In this document: one piece after another, positions 17,610-28,078 of the stretch | Layout of the letters: every line of letters starts with the position of its first letter | How positions within the stretch are numbered: the first letter of the stretch is position 1 | DNA from: Methanocella sp. | GTDB taxonomy: Archaea; Thermoproteota; Bathyarchaeia; Bathyarchaeales; Bathycorpusculaceae | DNA length: 38,434 nt | Direction: 5' to 3' | Assembly (NCBI GenBank): GCA_050261115.1 | Contig: JBLNCY010000022.1 | Location: 1 to 38,434 of the forward strand | Notes under the pieces: model-generated | What the model saw: only the letters and a program-made list of their open reading frames with translations | What the model was told of the DNA's origin: nothing | The model's database searches: none | Program-made: the position numbers and the translations under genes

Positions 17610-17990
17610 TTGAGTGCTGTGAGTGGTAATGGCGTTTCTGTTTCATATGAGCCCTTCAAAGAAATTGTGATTATGGAGAAGACCCGTTTTAATAATGCAG
17701 AGGAGATCGCCCGTTTTACGTCTGTGATTGCGGGGGGCAAGTTGGCGGGGCTTTACTGGGTTGAGGGCATAGTGTTTCTCTATTTCCCACTCACGGCTTC
17801 TAATGCCGTAGTTGCAAAGGAGCTCTTAGAGAAGCGTCGGGTTTATTGGACGTTTGTGGGATATGCGCCGATGCCAAAGTACACGCCGGCGATTGAGACT
17901 AAGGAGAAGATGATTGTTCCGGTAGTGGATATTTCGTCTGACCCGATTTTGCGGTCAGTTGCTTTGTGGCTAAAAGAACAGCCCTGCTAG
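17610..17990 (+). CDS. Conserved archaeal hypothetical protein
   Basis: Clean ORF with GGAG Shine-Dalgarno (YEPFKEIVIME...LYWVEGIVF...IVPVVD). Function not recognised. Confidence 0.7.
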   Translation: MSAVSGNGVSVSYEPFKEIVIMEKTRFNNAEEIARFTSVIAGGKLAGLYWVEGIVFLYFPLTASNAVVAKELLEKRRVYWTFVGYAPMPKYTPAIETKEKMIVPVVDISSDPILRSVALWLKEQPC

Positions 17991-18392
17991 ATGTGTGGCC
18001 GTTTGAGCCAAATATGCTTTAGGGGCACCGTCTTCACCGGCAAAGGCACTGGTAAACGGTTTGTTGATTTACCGTGGGTTAGGGCGCAGATGGAATCCAA
18101 GCTCGGCTTCTCACCCTTCAGCGGGACCCTAAACCTACACTTAACCACAGAAGAAGTTGAGAAAAGAAACCTTTTACCCCCCGAGCATGGCATCGTGATT
18201 ACGCCCCAAGACGGCTACCTCCCCGGCGTACTATTCCCCGCAAAAATTCAGGGCTTAGAGTGCGCTGTTGTCTTGCCACTGGTGCCCGGCTACCCCGAGG
18301 ACGTGTTGGAAGTGATTTCGCCGCATTACCTTAGGGGTAAACTGGGTTTAGTGGACAAAAAAGAAGTGACTGTTTGGGTTACAGTCTTTTAG
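17991..18392 (+). CDS. ribK: CTP-dependent riboflavin kinase (no N-terminal HTH)
   Basis: GTVFTGKGTGKRFV, LGFSPFSGTLN, VLEVISPHYLRGKLGL. Confidence 0.88.
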   Translation: MCGRLSQICFRGTVFTGKGTGKRFVDLPWVRAQMESKLGFSPFSGTLNLHLTTEEVEKRNLLPPEHGIVITPQDGYLPGVLFPAKIQGLECAVVLPLVPGYPEDVLEVISPHYLRGKLGLVDKKEVTVWVTVF

Positions 18393-19905
18393 GTTTGGTT
18401 TGCGCCTGGATGGGTGCCGCAGAGCTCTTAAACGCTTTAACGTAGCTTTCATAGGCACCGTGCTTTTGGAGGTACTCGCCGTAGAGGACAAGTGCTTTCA
18501 TGGCACGCGCTGCATCTTCGGGTGAACCGAAGGCGGGGACGTTTAAGCGGTCAAAGCGGCTTCTTGTGTAGAGGGCCATTTCAGTTTCGCCGATGTCGAC
18601 CATAACGAGGGGTTTGTGATAGACCTCAGTTAAGGCGGCTATGTCGTCGATGTACTTCTCCTTTAAGCCAGGCATGTGGTGTAGACCCAAGAGGATGATG
18701 CCATCGGTGTCAGGGTCCTGGAACATAATCTCTGCTGATATAGTGAATTGGTCATCGAGCACCGAGGCAGTCAAGTCCACGGGGTTATGCACAGCGGCGA
18801 TTGGCAGAATCTTGCCTTCTTGCTGGAGCTTTAGGAATTTCTCATGAGTTTCCTTGTTAAAGTGCTCAGCAGTCAAACCCTGCTCCTCAAGCTCATCAAC
18901 CGTCATGACTCCCGGTCCACCAGCATCAGTTAGGATACCGATGTTTCGGCCTAAAGCCGGCGGCTGCATCGCAAGAGCCTTGCCATAATCAAAGAATTCC
19001 TCCATGCTTTTTGCGCGGATGATGCCGCACTGCTCAAACACTGCATCATAAACTTTGTCAGAGCCTGCGATGGCGCCTGTGTGGCTTGCGGCGGCACGTG
19101 CACCGGCGTTGCTGCGACCTGACTTTATGACGACTACAGGTTTCTTTAGTGTAACTCTCTTGGCGACCTCTATGAAGCGGCGGCCGTCCTTGATGTCCTC
19201 AAGGTATACTAGGATGACTTTGGTTTCTTCGTCGTATTGTAGGTAATCGAGCATCTCGGCTTCAGAAACATCGCACTTGTTACCGAAGCTGACGAATTTG
19301 GAGACACCCATCTGGCGACCAGTCAAGTAGTCCAATGCCGCTGAACCGAATGCGCCGCTTTGGGTGATCATGGCAATGTTACCCGGCATCGGTCTGGGGG
19401 TAGCCACGACAGTCTCGCCGGTAGATAGCGTTTTTATTTCAGGTAAAAACAGCGTGTCGATGCCGCTTTTTGCGTAGAATACGCCGAGGCAGTTTGGACC
19501 AAGTAGGCGGATGTTGCCTTGCTTGGCGATGGCAACCACTTCGTCCTCCATTTCTTTATTGCCAATTTCTTTAAAGCCAGCGGTGATAATGACTGCCGCT
19601 TTAACTTTTTTCTCAACCGCTTCTTTCATGACAGCGGCAACAGCTTTGGCGGGGACAATAATTGTAACAAGATCAATTTGAGCTACAGGAATCTTGCTTA
19701 AAGATTCATAGCATCTAAATCCGAAAATCTCCTCTTCACCAGGGTTAACGGGATAGAGTTCACCTGTGAAGGTTCCACGTTCCTTATTTGTGGCTAAATT
19801 TTTACAGATGACGTAGCCCGCTTTACCAGCTTTCTTGGTGGCGCCGACGACTGCGACAGATTTAGGATTAAAGAATGCGTCTAATCGTTGTAGTGATTCT
19901 TCCAT
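18379..19905 (-). CDS. ADP-forming acyl/acetyl-CoA synthetase alpha subunit
   Basis: FFNPKSVAVVGA, ITAGFKE, GPNCLG, TQSGA, SFGNKCD, phospho-His ASHTGAIAG, NPVDL. No beta subunit adjacent. Confidence 0.9.
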   Translation of the reverse strand: MEESLQRLDAFFNPKSVAVVGATKKAGKAGYVICKNLATNKERGTFTGELYPVNPGEEEIFGFRCYESLSKIPVAQIDLVTIIVPAKAVAAVMKEAVEKKVKAAVIITAGFKEIGNKEMEDEVVAIAKQGNIRLLGPNCLGVFYAKSGIDTLFLPEIKTLSTGETVVATPRPMPGNIAMITQSGAFGSAALDYLTGRQMGVSKFVSFGNKCDVSEAEMLDYLQYDEETKVILVYLEDIKDGRRFIEVAKRVTLKKPVVVIKSGRSNAGARAAASHTGAIAGSDKVYDAVFEQCGIIRAKSMEEFFDYGKALAMQPPALGRNIGILTDAGGPGVMTVDELEEQGLTAEHFNKETHEKFLKLQQEGKILPIAAVHNPVDLTASVLDDQFTISAEIMFQDPDTDGIILLGLHHMPGLKEKYIDDIAALTEVYHKPLVMVDIGETEMALYTRSRFDRLNVPAFGSPEDAARAMKALVLYGEYLQKHGAYESYVKAFKSSAAPIQAQTKPKRL

Positions 19906-20011
19906 ATGCTGATCCCTTTATTTCCGCATAGTGCGTGCAACGCAATTTTTATGTCTTACTATCCGAAATGCCATTTTCCGCTAAGCTGACATCAATATTT
20001 AACAAAAAAAT

Positions 20012-20854
20012 TCAGTCAAGCCGTCTTACAATAACCAAAGGCTTATGCCCAACAGACCCCAACATCTCCCAAGTCACCGACTCAAGGCCCGCACCAAACC
20101 GCGCCGCCATATCCCAAACCGTTGCCCCCGACCCTGGCCCCCGTGCCCGATCCGCAACATTAGTAACCGACAACGCTTCACCCGCACTCAAGCGGCAGCC
20201 ATAAACCGCCAAAGGAGTCGAACTTCGCCTAAACCCCAACAGTCGCCCCAGCACATACGACGCCACACCCCCAAAAGAATAGATGCCCCGCAACGGATAC
20301 GGCCGAGGCGTGAAGTAGAAGTTCCGGAAACGGTAAGTTTTGTCGGTATCAGCGATTATCACGCAGACCCGTCGACCAAGCCGCATCCAGATAGCATGTG
20401 CAATTTCTTCGGCAAAGACGTCTTTGTCAGGCAAAGGCAAGCTAACATAGCTGTAGGGCAGGTTGGAGCCGTCGATTCCTGCTTCGGAGCCAAACAGTAG
20501 CGCCTGCAAAAGCCCGCCCCTTTCAAGCGCAACCTGCTTATGCCGACTCCCCGACTCCAATGGATAGCTACGTAGTCTTGCTAGCAGTCTTGGCCCAAAT
20601 CCGCATAGTATCCCAAGCGGGTAGCCCCATACATGGCGCATCCAAAACCCCGCGATGAACCGGGCGGTTCTGCAAGGCACCACAGGGGCTTCGTCGATGA
20701 TTCGCCCAGTGGCTATGGCCAACGCCTTCTCTGAGACCACCACATAGTCGCCGTCGCAGAGTTTGCCCTCCAGTGCCAGGGTTATTTTGTTGAGGTAGTC
20801 TTCGCCTGGTTTCCAGTAACTGGTCCTGACCGCTAAAGCTGCATACCTACTCAT
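20012..20854 (-). CDS. CofE-like (F420:gamma-glutamyl ligase family) protein
   Basis: GDYVVVSEKALAIATG, EAGIDGSN, VIIADTDKTY. These are CofE-fold motifs in a divergent subfamily. Confidence 0.78.
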   Translation of the reverse strand: MSRYAALAVRTSYWKPGEDYLNKITLALEGKLCDGDYVVVSEKALAIATGRIIDEAPVVPCRTARFIAGFWMRHVWGYPLGILCGFGPRLLARLRSYPLESGSRHKQVALERGGLLQALLFGSEAGIDGSNLPYSYVSLPLPDKDVFAEEIAHAIWMRLGRRVCVIIADTDKTYRFRNFYFTPRPYPLRGIYSFGGVASYVLGRLLGFRRSSTPLAVYGCRLSAGEALSVTNVADRARGPGSGATVWDMAARFGAGLESVTWEMLGSVGHKPLVIVRRLD

Positions 20855-20910
20855 GGGGGCGTCTACTGATGCAAAACCCGTCTTGCCCTAATAAGACTAA
20901 TCAATAAAAG

Positions 20911-21972
20911 CTAAGCCAGATTTACTAGCCCCGCTTCTTTAGCTAACTGCTGCGCCCGCGCCACCTCCGCATCCGTGAGCCGTCGCCGAAGCTCAGGCAC
21001 CTCATAGGCACGCCATTCTGGACGGTACTGAAACATCAAATTCACCCGCGTTTCCACACCCAAGTTAGCGGCTATCCAGTCAAGTATCGGTTTGGTGCAG
21101 CATCCCAGATGCCCCGGCAACACCAACACCCTCAGCAACAACTCACCGTATTGTTTAGCTTTGAGCAGATTATGTGTGGCTACCTGCCAGTAGTTCGGAG
21201 TACCCGATAGCTTCTCTGCGCAACTGCCGGGGCCGTACTTGAAATCCAGCAGATAAACATCCGCAAACCCCGCCAGCAACTCCGCGGTCTCTGGGCTATA
21301 ATAGGCGTTAGAGTTCCACACTATGGGCATGTTCACATCTACAATTCGGAAGGTGTCCAGCCAGTGCCCTAGCCATGGCGTAGGTTCTCCGCCAACCAAG
21401 TTTATGTTGCGACAACCAGCCATATGCAGGTCTTTAACTTCTTTTGCAAGCTCCTGAGGCGAATAGCTCAATGGGGCTTCTTGCCATTGCGATATAGTCC
21501 AATTCTGGCAGTGTAGACACCGAATAGTACAGCCCATAGTAAATACAGTGCCTGAGAGGACAAGCTCCGGCTCCTCACTAGTATGCGCAAAAATGCTTGA
21601 AACAGCCAGATCATTGCCACAGCCACAATAGCCCAACTGACCAACCAATCGGTTTACTCCACACCGACGACTGCAAAAGGCGCAGTGTTCAAGCATCTTA
21701 CTGGCGACTGTTAATTTCAAATCTAAATATGACTTCTTTGGGCTGCCGGTTAAGGCAGCGTTCTTGCTGTCTAGTTGGCGCTCAAAAGCATAGTATTCCC
21801 TGGTGTATTCTGTGTGTTGCTTGAGAAGCGTTTCCAAAGTATCTTGTTCTGAGAAGTCAGCCGCGACTTTTTTGGCTATCAAGAATTTTGCCCGCTTCTC
21901 TTTCCCAACGACGGCAAAGTATCTAGCCAAACTTTTCCGTACCAGTGCATCAGAAAACGGTTCTTTTCTCAT
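20911..21972 (-). CDS. Radical SAM protein, PflX-like
   Basis: CAFCSRRCGVNR..G..GYCG, EEPELV.SGTVF.GCTIRCLHCQNWTISQ, NINLVGGEPT, VNLMFQYRP. Confidence 0.88.
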   Translation of the reverse strand: MRKEPFSDALVRKSLARYFAVVGKEKRAKFLIAKKVAADFSEQDTLETLLKQHTEYTREYYAFERQLDSKNAALTGSPKKSYLDLKLTVASKMLEHCAFCSRRCGVNRLVGQLGYCGCGNDLAVSSIFAHTSEEPELVLSGTVFTMGCTIRCLHCQNWTISQWQEAPLSYSPQELAKEVKDLHMAGCRNINLVGGEPTPWLGHWLDTFRIVDVNMPIVWNSNAYYSPETAELLAGFADVYLLDFKYGPGSCAEKLSGTPNYWQVATHNLLKAKQYGELLLRVLVLPGHLGCCTKPILDWIAANLGVETRVNLMFQYRPEWRAYEVPELRRRLTDAEVARAQQLAKEAGLVNLA

Positions 21973-21990
21973 CGGTCCTCGCTTAACAAT

Positions 21991-23052
21991 TTAGAATAGG
22001 GCATAGGGGAATCTTTGGTGGTTTTGATATGGTTTGCCTCTTATTGGGATTTGTTGTCCACACACTGGGCATTTGTAATCCTCTGTTAGGTTCCATTGAG
22101 TGATGTCAAAACCGTAACGTCGGATGACAGCGGTGTCGCAGTTGGGGCAGTAAGTGTTCTCCGCCGCGTGCCCAGGCACATTACCCAAATAGACATAGCG
22201 TAAGCCCTGGTTTTTGGCTGTTAGTAACGCTTGCTCCATAGTTTGAACGCTCGTTGCGGGAATCGTGGTCATCTTGTACTCCGGATGGAACCGTAGCAAG
22301 TGCAGGGGCGTATCGGCTCCCAAGTTGTCGTGTACCCAAGCGGCTAACTCGCGTATTCTATCCATAGAGTCACCCGATCGGGGAACAACTAGGTTAGTGA
22401 GTTCTATGTGGACGCCGCTTAAGCGGAGCTCTTTTAGTGTTTCAAAGATGGGTTTAACGTCTGGAACGCCCATGACGGACTTGTAGAAGTCAGGGTCAGC
22501 ACCGCCCTTAAAATCAACCGTAGCTGCATCGAGGTAGGGAGCGATTGTTTTCACGGCTTCAGGGGTCATGTAGCCGTTGGTTACAAACGTGTTGAATAGC
22601 CCCGCTTCCTTGGCGAGTTTTGCCGTGTCATAGGCGTACTCCATGAACATGGTGGGTTCAGTGTAGGTGTAGCTTATGCCTTGGCAGCCGGCATTCTGGG
22701 CGGCTTTGACGATTTCTTCTGGTGACATGGGGTTACCGGGAGCTTCGCGGTCTTGGCTTATCATCCAGTTGTCGCAGAATTGGCAGCGGAAGTTGCATCC
22801 CGCAGCCGCAAAGCTGAGCACCAGCGCGCCGGGGTTGAAGTGTGAGAGGGGCTTTTTGCCGATGGGGTCTACGCCTACGGAGACGGCTCTGCCGTAGTTT
22901 AGGGTGTAGAGGGTGCCGCCTTCGTTTCTGCGCACCAGGCAGAAGCCGGGGGCTCCATCGCTGATTAGGCAGCGACGCGAGCAGAGGCAGCATTTGACTT
23001 TACCTTCGTCTTGGCGGGTGTAGAGCATGGCTTCGTGATGCGAATGAGACAT
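21991..23052 (-). CDS. amrS: AmmeMemoRadiSam system radical SAM enzyme
   Basis: CCLCSRRC.I..G..GFCLVR, DPIGKKPL.HF.PG, GCNFRCQFCDNW.ISQ, YTYTEP, RFHP.Y, YVYLGNV, TYCPNC...CPVCG. Confidence 0.88.
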   Translation of the reverse strand: MSHSHHEAMLYTRQDEGKVKCCLCSRRCLISDGAPGFCLVRRNEGGTLYTLNYGRAVSVGVDPIGKKPLSHFNPGALVLSFAAAGCNFRCQFCDNWMISQDREAPGNPMSPEEIVKAAQNAGCQGISYTYTEPTMFMEYAYDTAKLAKEAGLFNTFVTNGYMTPEAVKTIAPYLDAATVDFKGGADPDFYKSVMGVPDVKPIFETLKELRLSGVHIELTNLVVPRSGDSMDRIRELAAWVHDNLGADTPLHLLRFHPEYKMTTIPATSVQTMEQALLTAKNQGLRYVYLGNVPGHAAENTYCPNCDTAVIRRYGFDITQWNLTEDYKCPVCGQQIPIRGKPYQNHQRFPYALF

Positions 23053-23179
23053 AACGTGTTCACAAAGAAGATAAAGTCCCTCGGTTTAAAAGGATATACT
23101 AACTATTGAGCATGGCCGCAGATATTTTTTAGGTAGTGTTATAAGCTAAATTTAACCAAATAACCGATAGGGGTTTAGC

Positions 23180-23596
23180 TTGCAGACAAAAATTCTTGTT
23201 GTCGTCATAGTTGGTTTAATTTTGGCTGTTTCAGTTTTAAGCGTTGCATTTGTTTGGTTTTATTTATCTACAACCCAAAGAGAAAAGGTTCCCTTGGCTT
23301 ATGAGGGTCAAATGATTATGATTGAAAACAGCACCTATGCTACTATGGCAGTTAACTTTAAAGTGGACAAGGGAGTGCGCTATGATTGTGTAGCCACAGT
23401 GACTTACACTGCTACCAACGGATCGCAAGTGCAAATCACCAAAGAGTTGGGTTTACTAAGCGTAAGCACTAACGGTATGGGTACAGGCTTTCAGTTAATG
23501 GAGTACTCATCAGAAAATCCGTTTCTGGTTAGTTTCTCGAATAATAACCCCTTGCCTAATGTGCATATAGACGCATATGGATACACTAAACCTTAA
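23180..23596 (+). CDS. Hypothetical membrane-anchored exported protein
   Basis: N-terminal hydrophobic helix followed by a beta-rich domain with N-x-T/S sequons. TTG start and upstream TTATAA box. Confidence 0.65.
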   Translation: MQTKILVVVIVGLILAVSVLSVAFVWFYLSTTQREKVPLAYEGQMIMIENSTYATMAVNFKVDKGVRYDCVATVTYTATNGSQVQITKELGLLSVSTNGMGTGFQLMEYSSENPFLVSFSNNNPLPNVHIDAYGYTKP

Positions 23597-23905
23597 TTCA
23601 CCCAAGCTGCCGATAACATTAGAAGGGTTTTTGTTGCTATAGATTAGCCATTGTCGCTCTCTTATTTTTTTAAAAAAAAAATATTTTTTTTTTAGGGCGA
23701 TGGGGGCGCCTTCCGGGTTTAGCCTTCGTGTGGGGTGATGTTTTTTTTGCGGTTGTCGTCGTCTCCATATGGTTCATCTGGATCCTTGGGTTGGATGCCT
23801 CGCCGGCGCTTATTGTATGTAAAATAAAGGTTTAGAAAAAACCTTGCCCTTTTTCGGCAATATGGCGTACCCACCATTACCGCTTTTTTTTTTAAAAAAA
23901 AAATA

Positions 23906-24238
23906 TTATAATAGTTTGTTATAGAAGCAGCTGTATTCGCCTGTGTGGCAAGCTGGACCTGTCTGCTCAACAACATATAGTAATGAATCATAGTCGCAGT
24001 CAGTTGTCACGGAAATGACTTTTTGTGTGTGGCCGCTGGTTTCGCCCTTTATCCAGAGTTCGTTTCTGCTGCGGCTCCAGTAGGTGGCTTTGCCTGTCTT
24101 GAGTGTTAATTCTACGGCTTCTTTGTTGGCGTAGGCTTGCATTAGAACCTCTTTGGTTTTTGCGTCCTGAGTGATGACCGGAATGAGGCCATTGCCCTTG
24201 TTGAAGTCTAGCTTTGCAAGTAGCTCTATAGATGTCAT
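23906..24238 (-). CDS. hisI: Phosphoribosyl-AMP cyclohydrolase (monofunctional)
   Basis: [35 protein letters not shown]. No HisE domain. Confidence 0.95.
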   Translation of the reverse strand: MTSIELLAKLDFNKGNGLIPVITQDAKTKEVLMQAYANKEAVELTLKTGKATYWSRSRNELWIKGETSGHTQKVISVTTDCDYDSLLYVVEQTGPACHTGEYSCFYNKLL

Positions 24239-25038
24239 TATCGGATAGTCACCCCCATTTTACGCAAGTAATCCTTAACGACCGGTACAGGATACTGGTT
24301 GTAGTGGAAAATCGACGCAGCTAACGCTGCATCCGCTTTGCCCTCCACAAAGACATCATAGAGGTGCTTTGGAACGCCTGCTCCTCCTGATGCGATAACT
24401 GGAACATTGACACGCTCGGATATGGCGCGGGTTAATTCGATGTCATAGCCGTCTTTGGTGCCATCACAATCCATCGACGTTACAAGAAACTCACCTGCGC
24501 CTAGCTTCTCAGCTTGCATAGCCCACGCCACAGCGTCGATGCCTGTTGGTTTGCGTCCCCCATAGGTGTTGACTTCAAACCAGACTTTGCCCTCGGGTGT
24601 GTCGAAGAGTAGTTTTCCCTCTGTGGGTGTGTGGTTGCGTTTGGCGTCTATGGCGACGACGACGCATTGGCGGCCAAATACGTCCGCTAAGTCTGTTATG
24701 AGCTGTGGTTTGTCGATGGCTGCGGTGTTAACGGAGACTTTGTCGGCCCCGCTGCAGAGCACATTGCGGGCATCCGACACGGTGCGTATGCCGCCTCCGA
24801 CAGTGAAGGGTATGCTTATGGCTCTGGCGACGCCTTCTACGTATTGGCGCATTATGTCGCGCTTCTCATGAGAAGCGGTGATGTCAAGGAACACGAGTTC
24901 ATCGGCGCCTTCATCAGAGTAGCGTTTAGCCAACTCGACGGGGTCACCTGCTTGCTGAAGTTGGAGGAAATTTATGCCCTTGACTACTCGTCCATGGTCA
25001 ACGTCAAGGCAGGGTATGATACGTTTTGCTAGCGGCAT
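24238..25038 (-). CDS. hisF: Imidazole glycerol phosphate synthase cyclase subunit
   Basis: [48 protein letters not shown]. Confidence 0.96.
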   Translation of the reverse strand: MPLAKRIIPCLDVDHGRVVKGINFLQLQQAGDPVELAKRYSDEGADELVFLDITASHEKRDIMRQYVEGVARAISIPFTVGGGIRTVSDARNVLCSGADKVSVNTAAIDKPQLITDLADVFGRQCVVVAIDAKRNHTPTEGKLLFDTPEGKVWFEVNTYGGRKPTGIDAVAWAMQAEKLGAGEFLVTSMDCDGTKDGYDIELTRAISERVNVPVIASGGAGVPKHLYDVFVEGKADAALAASIFHYNQYPVPVVKDYLRKMGVTIR

Positions 25039-25040
25039 CT

Positions 25041-25766
25041 TTAGGCTCCTATTTTGGTTAAGGCTTCTTTTAGTGTGAATCGTTCCTCATATAGGGCTTT
25101 GCCGATGACAGCGCCACTGCAACCGATGCCCTTGAGCGCTGCAAGGTCGCCTATGCTGCCGATTCCGCCAGCCGCAATGACTTTAACGCCTTCATAGAGC
25201 ACTGCGCGGCTTAGCGTTTGCAGGTCAGGTCCACTTAGCATGCCATCTTGCGCTATAGAGGTTATCAAGAAGGTTTCCACACCTAGCTGGGCGTATTTGT
25301 AGAGTGCATCATCAACGGTAATGGCGGTTTCGGTTTGCCAGCCCTCCACCATGATGCGTCCATCTCGGTTATCAAGCGCGACAACAACAGAGTCGGGACC
25401 AAAGCGCCCCTGAATCTTTGTGATTACCGAGGGATCGCTAACGGCTAATGAGCCTAGGATAACTTGTGCGACGCCGGTTTTGAGCAGGTTCTCTGCTGCT
25501 TCGTAGCTGCGTATGCCTCCACCGACTTGGATGGGTAGCGAAATGTTTTTGGCTATTTCAGCGATTACTTCTCGGTTGTCGCCTATGCCGAATGCTGCAT
25601 CGAGGTCTATTATGTGAAGTTTACCTGCACCTTCCGTTTTCCATCTTTCTGCGGCTTGGAGGGGTGTGCCGAATTTGGCTTCGTAGCTTATGGCGGTTTC
25701 TGCTTTGCCCTTGGTTAAGCGAACTATTTTTCCGCCCATCAAGTCTATTGCTGGAATTAACTGCAT
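25041..25766 (-). CDS. hisA: ProFAR isomerase
   Basis: [45 protein letters not shown]. Confidence 0.95.
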   Translation of the reverse strand: MQLIPAIDLMGGKIVRLTKGKAETAISYEAKFGTPLQAAERWKTEGAGKLHIIDLDAAFGIGDNREVIAEIAKNISLPIQVGGGIRSYEAAENLLKTGVAQVILGSLAVSDPSVITKIQGRFGPDSVVVALDNRDGRIMVEGWQTETAITVDDALYKYAQLGVETFLITSIAQDGMLSGPDLQTLSRAVLYEGVKVIAAGGIGSIGDLAALKGIGCSGAVIGKALYEERFTLKEALTKIGA

Positions 25767-25775
25767 ACCATTTTT

Positions 25776-26381
25776 TCACCTTGTTACTATTTTGGCGAAG
25801 TTTTTTAGGATTTGGAGTCCTGTGTTGCCTGATTTCTCGGGGTGGAACTGGGTGCCGTAGATGTTGCCTTTTGCCACCGCAGAGGCGAAGGTGGAGCCGT
25901 ATTCGGTTTCGGTTATGATAATGCTTTTGTCGGTTGGGTTGGGGTAAAGTGAGTGGACAAAGTAAACGTATGTGCCCTCGGCTATGCCGTCAAAGAGTTC
26001 GTTGAGGCGGGCGATGTGTAGGGTGTTCCAGCCCATATGCGGCACCTTCACGGTTCGGGGGAGTTGTATGACTTTGCCCTGGAAGAAACCGAGGCCATCG
26101 CCGGGGCCTTCTTCGCTTGACTCAAAAAAGAGCTGCATACCAAGGCAGATTCCCAAAAGGGGGGTACCTTCCGACACTTTATGCTCTATAATGCCTTTTA
26201 CGGTGGCTAGTTTCTCGAGTGATGCGGTAAAGCTTCCGACACCCGGCAAGGCGATGGCGTCAGCATCCGCTAAATCAGCCGACGTGGAGCCTATGGTGAC
26301 GGATAGTCCGACTTTTTCAAGGGCAGTTTTTAGGCTTAAGAGGTTGCCTGCGCCGTAGTCAAAGATTACTGCTTTAGCCAT
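25776..26381 (-). CDS. hisH: Imidazole glycerol phosphate synthase glutaminase subunit
   Basis: DYGAGNL, LPGVG, GICLGMQ, VPHMGWN, YFVHS, QFHPEKS. Confidence 0.96.
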   Translation of the reverse strand: MAKAVIFDYGAGNLLSLKTALEKVGLSVTIGSTSADLADADAIALPGVGSFTASLEKLATVKGIIEHKVSEGTPLLGICLGMQLFFESSEEGPGDGLGFFQGKVIQLPRTVKVPHMGWNTLHIARLNELFDGIAEGTYVYFVHSLYPNPTDKSIIITETEYGSTFASAVAKGNIYGTQFHPEKSGNTGLQILKNFAKIVTR

Positions 26382-26957
26382 TTAGATTACGCCTTTGCTG
26401 CTGGGTACGCCTTTGCGTCGGGGGTCGGATGATATGGCTTGGCGGAGTGAGAGGGCAAGTGCTTTGGTGGCGGCTTCTGCTTTGTGGTGGTCGTTGCTGC
26501 CGTACTCGATAAATATGTGTACGTTTGCCTGCAGTGTCTGGGTGAGGGACTCATAGAAGTGCACTATGTCCTCGGTGGGCATGTCTTCTACTTTTTTGCC
26601 GCGTAGTTTGAGGTCGATTTTGAAGTAGGGACGCTTAACGAGGTCTACGGCGCAGAAGGCAAGTGAGCAGTCCATGGGGGCAGCTGCATTACCAAATCGC
26701 ACGATGCCTTCACGGGGGCCCAGCGCCTTGTTTAGGGCTTCGCCTAAGCCGAGAGCGAGGTCTTCAACCATGTGGTGTATAAGGTCGCCTTGGACGGAGG
26801 CTTCGATGTCGATTAGACTATGTGTGGCCAGCGAGGTAAGCATGTGGCTAAAAAACGGTACGGGAGTGTCGATTTTGGCCTTTCCTTCGCCATCTAGGTT
26901 GACTTTGACTTTTACTTCGGTTTCTTTGGTTTTTCGGTAAACCTCTTCACATCTCAT
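26382..26957 (-). CDS. hisB: Imidazoleglycerol-phosphate dehydratase (monofunctional)
   Basis: RKTKET, FFSHML, HHMVED, NDHHKAEA, PSSKG. Confidence 0.95.
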   Translation of the reverse strand: MRCEEVYRKTKETEVKVKVNLDGEGKAKIDTPVPFFSHMLTSLATHSLIDIEASVQGDLIHHMVEDLALGLGEALNKALGPREGIVRFGNAAAPMDCSLAFCAVDLVKRPYFKIDLKLRGKKVEDMPTEDIVHFYESLTQTLQANVHIFIEYGSNDHHKAEAATKALALSLRQAISSDPRRKGVPSSKGVI

Positions 26958-28078
26958 GGTTTATCACTCATTATCTCCTTTAATGCCTCGATTAGCGTGG
27001 TGTTCATTTCGGGTAATCCGACGGTCACTCGGAAACAGTTGTCGTACTGTAGGAGTTTGCCCCATTTCTTTAGCATAATGCCCCGTTTAAGCAGCTCAGC
27101 GTAGACTTCATCGGCTGGTTTTCTGGTGTTGATTAGGATGAAGTCGGCTTGGCTGGGAAAGGCTTCTACGCCGTCTATTTGGTTGAGTGCGTTTATGAAT
27201 TTTCCGCGCTCTGCCACTAGCCTAGACACAGCGGTGCGCATGATGTCCATGTTCTCAAGCATTTTGATGCCCATGCGGATGGTGAAGCCCGACACAGGAT
27301 AAGGCAGAGGTGCTTTCTCGCGAATAATTCTGCAAAGGTCGGGATTAGCAACCGCATACCCCAAGCGTAGCATGGCTAAACCGAATGCTTTGCTGAAGGT
27401 ACGCAGAATAACCATGTTTGGGAACTCTCGTATACGTGGCACAAAGCTGTAGTTGGCGAATTCTCCGTAGGCTTCGTCGAGGATGACTATGCCAGGGAAG
27501 GCTTTAACAAGCCGCTCGATGTCATCGGCGTTCATCTGGTTGGAGGTCGGGTTGTTGGGTGAGCATATGTAGAGCAGCCGGGTGCGTTCACCGAACTGGG
27601 CTAGCATTCCCTCTAAGTCAAGTTGGAAGTTGGCTTTGAGGGGTACGGTTATGTATTGGCCTTCTTGGCGATTTACGCAGAGGCGCGGTATGGCAAAGGT
27701 TGGGGCGGGTGAGATGGCGGCGTCGCCTTTTTCGATAAATAGGCGGATGATGCGGTCTATTAATTCGTCGCCTGCGTTGCTAATGGCCAAGAAATCCGAC
27801 GGAACACCCATATAGTCTGTGAGTTTCTCTCGAAGTTTGGCTTCCTCGTCTTCGGGGTACATGCGAAGGTCGATTTCCTCAGCTAGCTGCCTCATTAGCG
27901 GAGTCTGTCTTGTGCGGTCGACGAAGAGGTTTTCGTTAAAGTTCAACTTGACGATTTTAGATACATCAACGCCTAGTTGCTCCGCTAAACCCTCCGGCGT
28001 GATGCCTGCGGAGTAGCAGTCAATCGCACCAAGTTTCTGCTGTTTTTCTTTAAACCATTTTTGGTAAGCTTCGCTCAT
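26954..28078 (-). CDS. hisC: Histidinol-phosphate aminotransferase
   Basis: KLNFNEN, CSPNNPT, LDEAYGEF, RTFSKAFGLAMLRLGY, plus operon position. Confidence 0.93.
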   Translation of the reverse strand: MSEAYQKWFKEKQQKLGAIDCYSAGITPEGLAEQLGVDVSKIVKLNFNENLFVDRTRQTPLMRQLAEEIDLRMYPEDEEAKLREKLTDYMGVPSDFLAISNAGDELIDRIIRLFIEKGDAAISPAPTFAIPRLCVNRQEGQYITVPLKANFQLDLEGMLAQFGERTRLLYICSPNNPTSNQMNADDIERLVKAFPGIVILDEAYGEFANYSFVPRIREFPNMVILRTFSKAFGLAMLRLGYAVANPDLCRIIREKAPLPYPVSGFTIRMGIKMLENMDIMRTAVSRLVAERGKFINALNQIDGVEAFPSQADFILINTRKPADEVYAELLKRGIMLKKWGKLLQYDNCFRVTVGLPEMNTTLIEALKEIMSDKP

